A stretch of DNA of 60,950 nt from an uncultured bacterium. Its GTDB lineage: Bacteria; Zhuqueibacterota; QNDG01; CAYUAG01. The notes beneath the pieces are model-generated. The model was not told the origin of the DNA. It saw nothing but the letters and a program-made list of their open reading frames with translations, and did not search any database. The translations under genes and the position numbers were made by a program. Every line of letters starts with the position of its first letter. The stretch's first letter is position 1. This document shows, piece by piece, positions 18,455-27,456 of this stretch. Location: the NCBI GenBank assembly GCA_964442615.1, contig CAYUAG010000008.1, positions 1 through 60,950 on the forward strand, in the 5' to 3' direction.

Positions 18455-21400
18455 ATGAAGAAAAATTATTTACTCCAAACAATTTTACTATTATCAATTG
18501 CAATTTTCTCCTCATTAAATGCCATTGATACTCGAAACACGAGATTGTTAAGCCAACCAGCTACCAATACAAACCAGATTGCATTTGTCTATGCTGGCGA
18601 CATCTGGATTGGAGACCATGAAGGTAATTCTCTAAAACGTCTCACTTCTCATACAGGAAATGAAAGCAATCCTGTATTCTCACCGGATGGAAGTCTGGTA
18701 GCATTCAATGCTCAATATGAAGGAAACATAGATGTTTATATTGTCTCTTCCCAGGGAGGAATTCCAAAACGTCTTACCTTTCATCCTGAAAGAGATTACA
18801 TCTGTGGTTTTACTCCGGATGGTGAATCAATAATTTTCCGTTCTTCACGAAACTCTTTTACTCGTCGATATTCACAGCTTTTTACTGTTCCTGTTAAAGG
18901 AGGTTTTCCTGAGCAACTGAAAATACCATATGCTTATAAAGCATGTTATTCACCGGATGGCAACCATATTGCCTTCGTTCCCTTGGCAGAAGTATATCAT
19001 CAATGGAAACACTATCGGGGAGGAACTGTCACTCATATTCAGATAATTGATCTCAATGACTATTCAGTTGAAAAAATACCCCAACCTCAGGAAGGATGCA
19101 ATGACACTGATCCAATATGGATAGAAAATACCATCTACTTCCGTTCAGACAGAAATGGAGAATTTAATGTCTTTTCTTTTAACATTACTGATAAGACCAT
19201 TATTCAGCTAACCCATTTTACAGATTTTCCGGTTTTGGATTTGGACGGTAAAGATACTAACTTAATTTTTGAACAAGCCGGCTATCTTCATTTCTACAAT
19301 CTTATAGATAACCATTACCAACAATTGAACATAGGAGTAGCAACTGACCTCAAGAGTCTCAGGCCCAGGTATGTGAAAGGATTTAATTGGATAAGAGAAT
19401 GTCATATATCACCCTCTGGTTCCAGAGCTGTGTTTGAATATCGGGGAGATATTGTTACTCTTCCAGCTGAAAAAGGTGATCCTCACTATCTTACTCAAAC
19501 CCCAGGAGTACATGAACACACTCCGGTCTGGTCTCCTGATGGTAAAATGATCGCCTTTTTTTCGGATCACTCAGGAGAATATGCTCTGCATATCCTTTAT
19601 AGAGATAAAGTGAAAAAGATAGAAAAAATCAATTTGAAAGGTACAGGCTTTTATAGTATACTTATTTGGTCTCCAGACAGTAAAAAACTTACCTTTACTG
19701 ACAATGGAAGAAATCTCTACTGGGTTGAGGTTGAATCTGGTAAAATCAAGAAAATTGCTCAGGAATCCGTGTATATGCCAGGTGCATTTGGTACTTTTCA
19801 GGGTAACTGGTCTCCCAATTCAGAATGGATTGCTTATACCTTACATACTGATTCTTATATAAAACGACTCTATCTCTATTCAGTGGAAAAGAATAAATCT
19901 TTTTCCATCACCAAGGGTATGAGTGAAGTTAGTGAACCTGTTTTTGATAAAAGTGGACAATATCTTTACTTTTTTGCCTCAACTGATGCTGGACCAGTGA
20001 AACACTGGTTTGCCATGTCAAATGCAGACATGAAATTGACCAGGAATCTCTATCTGATTACCCTCAGGGAAGATATTGAAAATCCCATGGCCAAAGAGAG
20101 TGATGAAGAAGAAATTGCAGAACATGAATCTAATGACAAAGAAAAAGAAATGGAACAAGAAGAGAAAGATGATTTTCGCATTGATCTGGAAGGCATTGAA
20201 AACCGCATCATCTCTCTTCCAGTTGATCCAGCCAATTATAGATCTCTTGTTTCCGGGAATCAAGGTGAGGTCTACTTTATAAAACAGAATGAGGATAATG
20301 GATCCCTTTGTTTATTTTCTTTGAAAGATAAAGAAATCCACACGCTGCTTTCTGGCCTAAGAAGCTATTCTTTGTCTGCAGACAATAAAAAGATTTTGTA
20401 CAGGACACAGAATAGCCTTCATATTGTTGATGCAGCTAATAAACTTGAACCAGGAAAAGGAAAACTCAATACAGAAGCAATTGCAGTTAAAATTGATCCT
20501 GAGAAAGAGTGGAAGCAGATTTTTCAGGAAGCGTGGCGTATCAACCGCGATTATTTTTATGATCCCAATTTTCATGGCTGTGACTGGCAAGCTATGAAAA
20601 AGAAATATGAACAGTTCCTGCCTCATGTTGCCTGCAGAGATGATTTAAACCGGATAATTCAATGGATGTGCAGCGAATTGGTGGTTGGACATCATAGAGT
20701 GAGAGGTGGTGATGATATTATGGAAACTGATCACATACCTGGCGGTCTTTTAGGAGCAGATTACGAAGTTGATCATAATTGGTATAAATTTAAAAAAGTG
20801 TACGGAGGATTAAACTGGAATCCTGAGCTTCGTTCTCCTTTAAAACAGCCTGGAGTGCAGGTACAGGCCGGTGAATACCTACTGGCAGTAAATGGACAAG
20901 AATTGAGAGCTCCTGAAAATCTCTATACAAGATTTGAGAATACATCAGGAACGATTGTTTCTATCACTGTTGGTCCCAATCCTGATGGTACCAATTCCAG
21001 AACTGTGAAGGTAGTACCAGTTGAAAGTGAATCAGCTTTGAGAAACAGAGACTGGGTGGAATCAAACATTGAAAAGGTTCATAGAGCAACCCGGGGGAGG
21101 GTAGCATATGTATATGTTCCTAATACGACCAGTCTAGGCCATACCTTTTTTAAACGCTATTTCTTTCCTCAAGCTGATAAAGATGCTATCATTATTGATG
21201 AACGGTTCAATGGCGGTGGTCAGGTAGCAGACTACTACATTGATTTATTACGGCGTCCCTATATCTGTCACTGGAATATGAGATACGGAAAGGATATTCG
21301 CACTCCCAGTGCTGCAATCCACGGCCCTAAGGTAATGCTGATAGATGAAACAGCAGGATCAGGTGGAGATCTTCTTCCTTGGATGTTTAGAAAATTAAAT

Positions 21401-21700
21401 CTTGGGACACTGATCGGTAAAAGAACCTGGGGAGGATTGGTAGGAATATTAGGATTTCCCCGGCTCATAGATGGTGGTTATATAACAGCTCCCAACTTAG
21501 CCATTTGGACTGAGCAGGGATTTGTGGTAGAAAATAAAGGTGTTTCACCCGATATTGAAGTTGAACAAACTCCTCAGAAAGTAATACAGGGACATGATCC
21601 TCAGCTGGAAAAAGCCATTGAAGTAATACTCAAACAATTAAAAGAGGATCCTCCTAAAAAGTATAAAAGACCTCCTTATCCAGTAAGAGTAAAAAAGTAA
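18455..21700 (+). CDS. Tricorn protease homologue (beta-propeller/PD40 repeats + PDZ + S41 peptidase domain), secreted
   Basis: About 1080 aa with a signal peptide. Repeated PD40 motifs: FSPDGSLVAF, FTPDGESIIF, YSPDGNHIAF, WSPDGKMIAF, WSPDSKKLTF. The C-terminal S41-like core is IIDERFNGGG...VMLIDETAGSGGDLLP...GVSPDIEV. The start at 18455 follows GGAGG. Confidence 0.8.
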   Translation: MKKNYLLQTILLLSIAIFSSLNAIDTRNTRLLSQPATNTNQIAFVYAGDIWIGDHEGNSLKRLTSHTGNESNPVFSPDGSLVAFNAQYEGNIDVYIVSSQGGIPKRLTFHPERDYICGFTPDGESIIFRSSRNSFTRRYSQLFTVPVKGGFPEQLKIPYAYKACYSPDGNHIAFVPLAEVYHQWKHYRGGTVTHIQIIDLNDYSVEKIPQPQEGCNDTDPIWIENTIYFRSDRNGEFNVFSFNITDKTIIQLTHFTDFPVLDLDGKDTNLIFEQAGYLHFYNLIDNHYQQLNIGVATDLKSLRPRYVKGFNWIRECHISPSGSRAVFEYRGDIVTLPAEKGDPHYLTQTPGVHEHTPVWSPDGKMIAFFSDHSGEYALHILYRDKVKKIEKINLKGTGFYSILIWSPDSKKLTFTDNGRNLYWVEVESGKIKKIAQESVYMPGAFGTFQGNWSPNSEWIAYTLHTDSYIKRLYLYSVEKNKSFSITKGMSEVSEPVFDKSGQYLYFFASTDAGPVKHWFAMSNADMKLTRNLYLITLREDIENPMAKESDEEEIAEHESNDKEKEMEQEEKDDFRIDLEGIENRIISLPVDPANYRSLVSGNQGEVYFIKQNEDNGSLCLFSLKDKEIHTLLSGLRSYSLSADNKKILYRTQNSLHIVDAANKLEPGKGKLNTEAIAVKIDPEKEWKQIFQEAWRINRDYFYDPNFHGCDWQAMKKKYEQFLPHVACRDDLNRIIQWMCSELVVGHHRVRGGDDIMETDHIPGGLLGADYEVDHNWYKFKKVYGGLNWNPELRSPLKQPGVQVQAGEYLLAVNGQELRAPENLYTRFENTSGTIVSITVGPNPDGTNSRTVKVVPVESESALRNRDWVESNIEKVHRATRGRVAYVYVPNTTSLGHTFFKRYFFPQADKDAIIIDERFNGGGQVADYYIDLLRRPYICHWNMRYGKDIRTPSAAIHGPKVMLIDETAGSGGDLLPWMFRKLNLGTLIGKRTWGGLVGILGFPRLIDGGYITAPNLAIWTEQGFVVENKGVSPDIEVEQTPQKVIQGHDPQLEKAIEVILKQLKEDPPKKYKRPPYPVRVKK

Positions 21701-21756
21701 GATTAAACTGTTTTAGAAGGAAAGAAGCCTATAAAATATGTTTGAGGAAACTAGTA

Positions 21757-21792
21757 GGGCAAGGTTTTATTAGATAATCTTGTCCTATTTTA
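21757..21792 (+). terminator. Weak intrinsic-terminator candidate after the tricorn-like gene
   Basis: GGGCAAG (21757-63) pairs with CTTGTCC (21779-85) with one G-U pair. The loop is 15 nt and TATTTTA follows. The large loop and short stem make this uncertain. Confidence 0.3.
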
Positions 21793-21829
21793 CATAAATA
21801 TTATATTAAAATAGTTAGGAAACAGAATA

Positions 21830-23629
21830 TTGATACGAGTTTTAATCATACTATTAATGGTTATTAGTAGTACTCTTCAAGCACAGATTATTCATTCAGT
21901 CTTTCAAGCAGATACACTATATGTAACAGGATCACATCTCTTTTCAGATATTGTTGATTCCATACGGACTTCTTTTTTGCTCAAGCAGGAAGAAATATCA
22001 TCACTTCCTGGAAATTCAATTTCTGATCTTTTGCACTCTATAGGCTGTCTGGATGTACAGACCAGAGGAGTTGATGGGATACAGACGGATTTTGGAATCA
22101 GGGGAAGTTCTTTTGAGCAGGTGATAGTAATGGTTGATAACATTAGAATCAATGATCCTCAGACTGGTCACCATAACAGTGATATTCCTGTACCAATTTC
22201 CGAGATCAAACAGATAGAAATACTGCCTGGTCATGCTTCATCACTGTATGGACCAGATGGATTCGGTGGAGTAATAAATATAATTACCAAATCAAACATC
22301 TTTAAAAATTCAATCTATCTCAGAACAGCAATTGGGAGTTTTGGTAGAAAAGCTTTATCAGCCTTTCAATCATACAATTCTAAACTGTTTTCAGTTAGAA
22401 TTTCTATGGAAAGAAAAAAATCGGATGGTTACAGACCAGTAACTGATTATAACACTACTACAGCCTCATTTAATTCGGTTCTGAATTTAGGTAAAAAAAG
22501 AGTTGCTTTCAACACAGGATATATTGGAAAAGACTTTGGAGCGAATGGTTTTTATGCTGATTTCCCATCCAGGGAAAAAATAAAATCTTTACATACAAGA
22601 GTCAAATTCGATTTGCAGGTTAATCCTTCTTTTTTTATTTCCTCTGTAATTTTTGGAAAATACCATAAAGATGATTTTATATTGGATTATAATAAACCGC
22701 AATGGTATAGCAGTAAACATACCACTACTGTAGCAGGTGCACGAATTCAGGCAAATTATGTATTCAATAAAAGAAAAGAGATTACTATGGGAGTAGAGAG
22801 TTATCATGAAAGGATTCAAAGTTCCTCTATTGGAAATCATACCAAAAAACGGTTTGGTATCTTTTCTGAAGTTGTTTTCCCCTTTAATTTTAAAACATCT
22901 ATCAATTCTGGTATAAGGGCAGATATACAGGAAAAATGGAGTGTCATAGTTTCTCCCTCTTTTGGATTTAATTATACCTTCACTCCAAAAATTACAGGTA
23001 GAATGTCAATGGGTACAATTTACAGAGCACCGACCTTTACAGAACTTTACTATCTCTCACCTGCAAATCATGGGGATCCTGATCTCGCTTCAGAAACAGG
23101 TTATTCATTGGAGACAGGTTCATCAATTGTTTATACCAGAGGAAAGATTGAAATAACACTCTTCCGTAGAGATGAGAAAAACAGAATTGATTGGATTAAA
23201 AAGAAAAATTCAGATCCCTGGCAGGTGACTAATATTGGTAAAATGCTTATTACTGGACTGTCGGTCTTTACAGAATATAACTATAATAAGTCTGTAAAAA
23301 CCAAGCTAAATTATACATTTATAAACAAAAATCTTACTTCTAACACTGATTATATATCAAAATATAATTTTTCAATCCTTCGACATAACCTTACACTACA
23401 AACTCATATCAAATGGTATAATAAACTGTACCAAACAATTATATGGAATCTAAAACAAAGAATGGATAATGAACCTTATTCTATCCTCTCCTCAAAAATA
23501 ATTTTTTCGTGGGGTAATTTTAAATTTTTTACAGAAGCTTCTAATCTTACAAACACCTTTTATGAAGAAATCCCCAATATACCTATGCCTGAATTCAGCC
23601 TACTCTGCGGTCTGGAATATTTTTTATAG
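21830..23629 (+). CDS. TonB-dependent outer-membrane receptor (small, about 600 aa)
   Basis: Signal peptide, then plug-domain motifs SLPGNSISDLLHSIGCLDVQTRG..GIQTDFGIRGSSFEQVIVMVDNIRINDPQTGHHN and IEILPGHASSLYGPDGFGGVINIITK. A beta-barrel follows, ending in LEYFL. TTG start as in the track. Confidence 0.8.
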   Translation: MIRVLIILLMVISSTLQAQIIHSVFQADTLYVTGSHLFSDIVDSIRTSFLLKQEEISSLPGNSISDLLHSIGCLDVQTRGVDGIQTDFGIRGSSFEQVIVMVDNIRINDPQTGHHNSDIPVPISEIKQIEILPGHASSLYGPDGFGGVINIITKSNIFKNSIYLRTAIGSFGRKALSAFQSYNSKLFSVRISMERKKSDGYRPVTDYNTTTASFNSVLNLGKKRVAFNTGYIGKDFGANGFYADFPSREKIKSLHTRVKFDLQVNPSFFISSVIFGKYHKDDFILDYNKPQWYSSKHTTTVAGARIQANYVFNKRKEITMGVESYHERIQSSSIGNHTKKRFGIFSEVVFPFNFKTSINSGIRADIQEKWSVIVSPSFGFNYTFTPKITGRMSMGTIYRAPTFTELYYLSPANHGDPDLASETGYSLETGSSIVYTRGKIEITLFRRDEKNRIDWIKKKNSDPWQVTNIGKMLITGLSVFTEYNYNKSVKTKLNYTFINKNLTSNTDYISKYNFSILRHNLTLQTHIKWYNKLYQTIIWNLKQRMDNEPYSILSSKIIFSWGNFKFFTEASNLTNTFYEEIPNIPMPEFSLLCGLEYFL

Positions 23630-23701
23630 GTTTTTTATTTTGATTTTATAAAAAAACAGTAATTAACAATGATAATAAAATTAATCCAGAAAATTTTTAC
23701 C

Positions 23702-23730
23702 TTGACAATATCTCACAATTGTTTTATATT
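23702..23730 (+). promoter_or_regulatory. Sigma70 promoter candidate TTGACA-N17-TATATT
   Basis: -35 box at 23702-23707, a counted 17-nt spacer, -10 box at 23725-23730. It lies 24 nt upstream of the ATG at 23754. Confidence 0.5.
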
Positions 23731-23753
23731 TAACAACTTTTAAAGGGAATAGT

Positions 23754-23993
23754 ATGAAGCAAAGAAAAATAAGAAAAAAAACTACTGCTGCCCAAGAAGC
23801 ACTACCATTTAGTTCCACCAATTACCTACTATTTGGCCTAGGCCTTTTAGTGATTATTATTGGTTATATTTTATTATCAATTGGGCCCTGGAATAGTTTT
23901 TACTCTTTATTAGCAGCACCAATTTTTCTTGTGATTGGGTATTGCATTATTATTCCAATAGCAATACTATACCACAAAAAAAAGAGTAAATAA
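23754..23993 (+). CDS. Small two-TM membrane protein, DUF3098-like
   Basis: 79 aa: a basic N-terminus, then NYLLFGLGLLVIIIGYILLSIGPW and a second TM. The size and the 'NY.l...G..liiiGfiLm' pattern resemble DUF3098 proteins of the FCB group. Confidence 0.45.
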   Translation: MKQRKIRKKTTAAQEALPFSSTNYLLFGLGLLVIIIGYILLSIGPWNSFYSLLAAPIFLVIGYCIIIPIAILYHKKKSK

Positions 23994-23994
23994 A

Positions 23995-24069
23995 GGGCGA
24001 TTAGCTCAGCTGGTTTAGAGCGCTTGCCTTACAAGCAAGAAGTCACTGGTTCGAATCCAGTATCGCCCA
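23995..24069 (+). tRNA. tRNA-Val (anticodon TAC)
   Basis: Cloverleaf folded by hand. Acceptor GGGCGAT/ATCGCCC, D arm GCTC..GAGC, anticodon stem CTTGC/GCAAG with loop CTTACAA, T arm ACTGG-TTCGAAT-CCAGT, discriminator A. No encoded CCA. Confidence 0.9.
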
Positions 24070-24116
24070 CAACATTTGTCAGATTTGGCAAAAATTTTTT
24101 TAAAATTTCTTAACAA

Positions 24117-24190
24117 GGGGCTGTAGTTCAACTGGCTAGAGCACCGGCCTGTCACGCCGGAAGTTGCGGGTTCGACTCCCGTCGGCCCCG
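24117..24190 (+). tRNA. tRNA-Asp (anticodon GTC)
   Basis: Acceptor GGGGCTG/CGGCCCC with one G-U pair, anticodon stem CCGGC/GCCGG with loop CTGTCAC, T arm GCGGG-TTCGACT-CCCGT, discriminator G. CTTTTT follows. Confidence 0.9.
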
Positions 24191-24374
24191 CTTTTTAAGA
24201 AGTTTCACCACAAATTCTACATGCATCCATATCATTCATAATAAAAAAAGATTATAAGATAATCAAGCTTTGAAAATATATATTTTAAATTGAAGTTATA
24301 TAAATTCAGTTTAATAAGCTTTGAATGTGAAGGTAAAAAAATAAGTGGATCATTTAATTTATCTATAAATTAGG

Positions 24375-24403
24375 TTGACAATTATAAAAATAATTTTTAT
24401 AAT
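24375..24403 (+). promoter_or_regulatory. Consensus sigma70 promoter TTGACA-N17-TATAAT
   Basis: -35 box at 24375-24380, a counted 17-nt spacer, -10 box at 24398-24403. About 40 nt upstream of the ATG at 24442, which is preceded by the RBS GAGGAG. Confidence 0.55.
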
Positions 24404-24441
24404 TTAAATGATTCGTTCACAATTTTAGAGGAGTAATAAAA

Positions 24442-24876
24442 ATGGCAACAACTTTTTGGGATGAAATTAAGGAAGCTCTTAATACAGGTGCAACTATTAT
24501 TGCTGATAAATCAGAAGAATACTTAACATATACAAGAATAAAGAAAGATATTTTCACCTTAAAGCATCAACAAAGGAAATTATTTACTGAACTCGGGCAA
24601 AAAACTTACAAAGAATTAACAAAAAAAGAGGATGCAAATGTAGCCTCCAACAAACAAATTGATGAATTAATAAAAAGATTAACGATTGTTCAATCAGAAT
24701 TAAAAAAACAAGAAAAACAATTAAAACAACTAAAAAAAGAATCTTCAGAAAAAAAGAAAAAATCCCCAACTGTTTCAGAGAAAAAAGTTACAAAAAAATC
24801 AAAAGTAAAAACATCCCAGAAAACAAAACAAACATCCCCTAAGACAAAGACATCTAGTAAAGGAAAATTCTCCTGA
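24442..24876 (+). CDS. Coiled-coil protein with a lysine-rich, histone-H1-like C-terminal tail
   Basis: 144 aa. The N-terminal ~95 aa are helical/coiled coil. The C-terminus KKESSEKKKKSPTVSEKKVTKKSKVKTSQKTKQTSPKTKTSSKGK contains S/T-P-K-type basic repeats. No recognisable enzyme motif. Confidence 0.5.
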   Translation: MATTFWDEIKEALNTGATIIADKSEEYLTYTRIKKDIFTLKHQQRKLFTELGQKTYKELTKKEDANVASNKQIDELIKRLTIVQSELKKQEKQLKQLKKESSEKKKKSPTVSEKKVTKKSKVKTSQKTKQTSPKTKTSSKGKFS

Positions 24877-25049
24877 AATTCCTAAAAAAAACAAAGTTTA
24901 TATTTCTTGTATTCATTTTACCTCTATCACTTATTTCCCAGACTACAATTGATTCTATTTCAATAAAAAAATATTGGACCAAACGTTTCCAACTGCAAGA
25001 ATTCACCCCCATTAAAACCATCTCCCTAAGTTTTGTAGGCGATTTACAA

Positions 25050-25991
25050 ATGGGAGGAAGTTGTCTTCCTGTTATCAAAAACAAGGGGAGTGATTATCCT
25101 TTTGATTCTACCAGAACCCTAATTAAAAATTCTGACCTAGCTATTGCCAATCTTGAGGCTCCTTTTGTATTGCAAGGTAAACCATTTAATAAAAAATTTA
25201 CCTTTCATGTACCCCCTGAATATGTAACAGGACCAGTTAAAGCAGGTTTTGATGTATTAACTCTTGCTAATAATCATATCCTTGACTATGGTCTTGAAGG
25301 ATTGTTAACAACCTTACAAACCCTGGACAGTATGCAGATTAAATATTGCGGTGCAGGAAAGAATATAAATGAAGCCGAAAAACCATGTATTATTACTTTT
25401 AATAACTGGTGCATTGGATTTTTTGCTTTCTCACTTACCTATCCGGCAGAATTCTGGGCCAAAAGAAATAAACCTGGTACAGCATATCCAAATTTAGAGA
25501 GAATAGAATCCAATATGAAAGAAATAAAAAATTATTGTGATTTAATCGTAGTAGCCTTTCATTGGGGGGGAGAATTAAAGAATTACCCAAAACCCTATCA
25601 AATATTTTATGCCCATAAAGTTATTGATTATGGGGCTGACATTGTAATTGGACATCATCCCCATGTACAGCAGGGAATAGAGTTCTATAACGGTAAATTT
25701 ATTGCCTACAGTTTGGGGAACTATGTTTTTGGCTCCTACAGTAGAAGAGTCTCATTTAGTATAATTTTAAGACTGCGTTATGATAATATTGGATTATTGT
25801 ATGCAGAGGTAATCCCTATTGATGTTTTTAATCCCCGGATTCATTTTTGTCCGACCATTATCAGAGGAGAGCAGCGTCTAAACATCATAAAAAGACTGAA
25901 CACAATTTCTTTGGGATTAAATGATAATAAAAGAATAATTCGAGAATCAGGATTAATTACTCCCCCTAGAGACTGCCCAGAGGTACCATAA
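25050..25991 (+). CDS. CapA/PGA_cap family metallophosphatase-like protein (true start probably upstream, see findings)
   Basis: LANNHILDYG, AFHWGGE and IGHHPHVQQGIE motifs of the CapA family. The in-frame upstream sequence encodes ...SLSFVGDLQ before the first ATG. Confidence 0.75.
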   Translation: MGGSCLPVIKNKGSDYPFDSTRTLIKNSDLAIANLEAPFVLQGKPFNKKFTFHVPPEYVTGPVKAGFDVLTLANNHILDYGLEGLLTTLQTLDSMQIKYCGAGKNINEAEKPCIITFNNWCIGFFAFSLTYPAEFWAKRNKPGTAYPNLERIESNMKEIKNYCDLIVVAFHWGGELKNYPKPYQIFYAHKVIDYGADIVIGHHPHVQQGIEFYNGKFIAYSLGNYVFGSYSRRVSFSIILRLRYDNIGLLYAEVIPIDVFNPRIHFCPTIIRGEQRLNIIKRLNTISLGLNDNKRIIRESGLITPPRDCPEVP

Positions 25992-26346
25992 ATAAATTTT
26001 ACAATATCAAACCTTTGATTTTTATTAAAAGCTTCATTTAAAAATTAATTTTTTATTATTGAAATTGATGTATAAAATTATTATTTTTAAAAGAGAAATA
26101 AATTTTTCAATTATATAATTTTATATACAAGTAATAAGAAAAAATTAACAGGAATGATAATCACAAAAAGTAAATATTATGAATTTATTTACAATGATCC
26201 TTATGTTAAAAGTAAGCAATAATTGAAACTGTAAAGTCCCTAAAAATGGATACTTGGTTTAAAATAGTGGATATTTTTTTAGAGTAATTTTAGGTTTATA
26301 GTAATATAATTATACAAGTATCAAGGGAGGGAAGGAGTGACCTGTA

Positions 26347-27264
26347 ATGAAACATAATACACACATTTACTTAGCTGCCAAAGGAATTGAATTTTTTTAT
26401 GAAGGTCTTAACAATCTTCACTATACAACCACAAACCGAAGGGCCAAACAATCAACAATATCAAAACTGCGGCGGCAGGGTAAGATTCTCCAACGGATGC
26501 TTATGCACTATCAGGATGTGATAAGTGAAGCTTCTTGGGCTCCGGATGATATTCTCAATGATAAATCCCAGTATCACACATTTAAGCTGTTTACAGAGCG
26601 GGAATTCCCTAATAGTCGTTCATTTGCCAAGGAAATTCATGAAGATAAATATTACCGTGCTTCAGGTGGTGGTGGTCTTCCGTATAAGGTAGACCATCTC
26701 GCCCGGGTTATATCGGATATGGACAAATTGAGAAAATACAATGACCGGTGCTCTATGAATCAAATCATGTATCAGTTCCTGATGATATCGCACTATATTG
26801 TTGATGCTCATGTCCCCATGCATTGTGATCTGCGAGATGATCCACCATCAACAAATGATACCACCAAACCTAGAAATGGGAATTACTACTCTGATACCTT
26901 GCATGGTGAGATTGAACAGATATGGGAGGATGCTGTAAATCCAGTAGCAATAGAAGAGGGCATAATTAAAGTTAAAAGAAAAGATGATGACAAGCCACAA
27001 ACCTCCTTATCACAACACATTCGGTTTGAGGTCACCAATGATGAACATTGTAGTAAAATAATACCTTATGTGATTCCAAACGATAATTTGATGAAATATA
27101 TGATAGATCTATGTATCCAGACCAAGGAGAGCGCACTTTTATTATTCCCCATAGGTGATCCTTTAAACTGGAACCAGCAGATATTGCCTTCAATGACAAG
27201 AGAGATTTTTGCCCGGACAATTGGAAATCTGATAACAATATGGATATGGATCTGGGGAGAATGA
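26347..27264 (+). CDS. Zinc-dependent phospholipase C / S1-P1 nuclease-fold protein, no signal peptide
   Basis: The metal-ligand spacing of the Zn-PLC fold is present: N-terminal HNTH, WAPDD, YHTF, H-x3-D-x5-H (HYIVDAHVPMH) and H-x3-E (HGEIE). The RBS GGAAGGAG lies upstream. Confidence 0.5.
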   Translation: MKHNTHIYLAAKGIEFFYEGLNNLHYTTTNRRAKQSTISKLRRQGKILQRMLMHYQDVISEASWAPDDILNDKSQYHTFKLFTEREFPNSRSFAKEIHEDKYYRASGGGGLPYKVDHLARVISDMDKLRKYNDRCSMNQIMYQFLMISHYIVDAHVPMHCDLRDDPPSTNDTTKPRNGNYYSDTLHGEIEQIWEDAVNPVAIEEGIIKVKRKDDDKPQTSLSQHIRFEVTNDEHCSKIIPYVIPNDNLMKYMIDLCIQTKESALLLFPIGDPLNWNQQILPSMTREIFARTIGNLITIWIWIWGE

Positions 27265-27388
27265 TATTAATTGTACAATACGCATGCCTTTAGCCTTAAT
27301 CTGATCCAGTTGGTTTTGATTGTAGACAATCCTAATAAATTATTTTTTATTTTTCTAAAAAAAATAAAAATATTTCTCGATAAAATAA

Positions 27389-27400
27389 TTTTTTTTTTTT
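27389..27400 (+). repeat. T12 homopolymer in the gcvPA upstream region
   Basis: 12 consecutive T counted at 27389-27400. The tract abuts a TATATT -10-like hexamer (27400-27405), about 55 nt upstream of the gcvPA ATG. Confidence 0.9.
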
Positions 27401-27456
27401 ATATTTAAGTTCTCTAGTGAGTTAATTAGGTTATTCACAATAAAGAGGAGATATGT

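Noticed and set aside
21701-21829. Cobalamin or other riboswitch upstream of the TonB-dependent receptor
   Set aside because: The spacer is only 129 nt. It contains just a weak hairpin, and I could not see a B12-box-like or other conserved riboswitch core.
27265-27456. Glycine riboswitch upstream of gcvPA
   Set aside because: The region is almost pure A/T with no GGAGAG...CACCG-type conserved cores or tandem aptamer-like helices.
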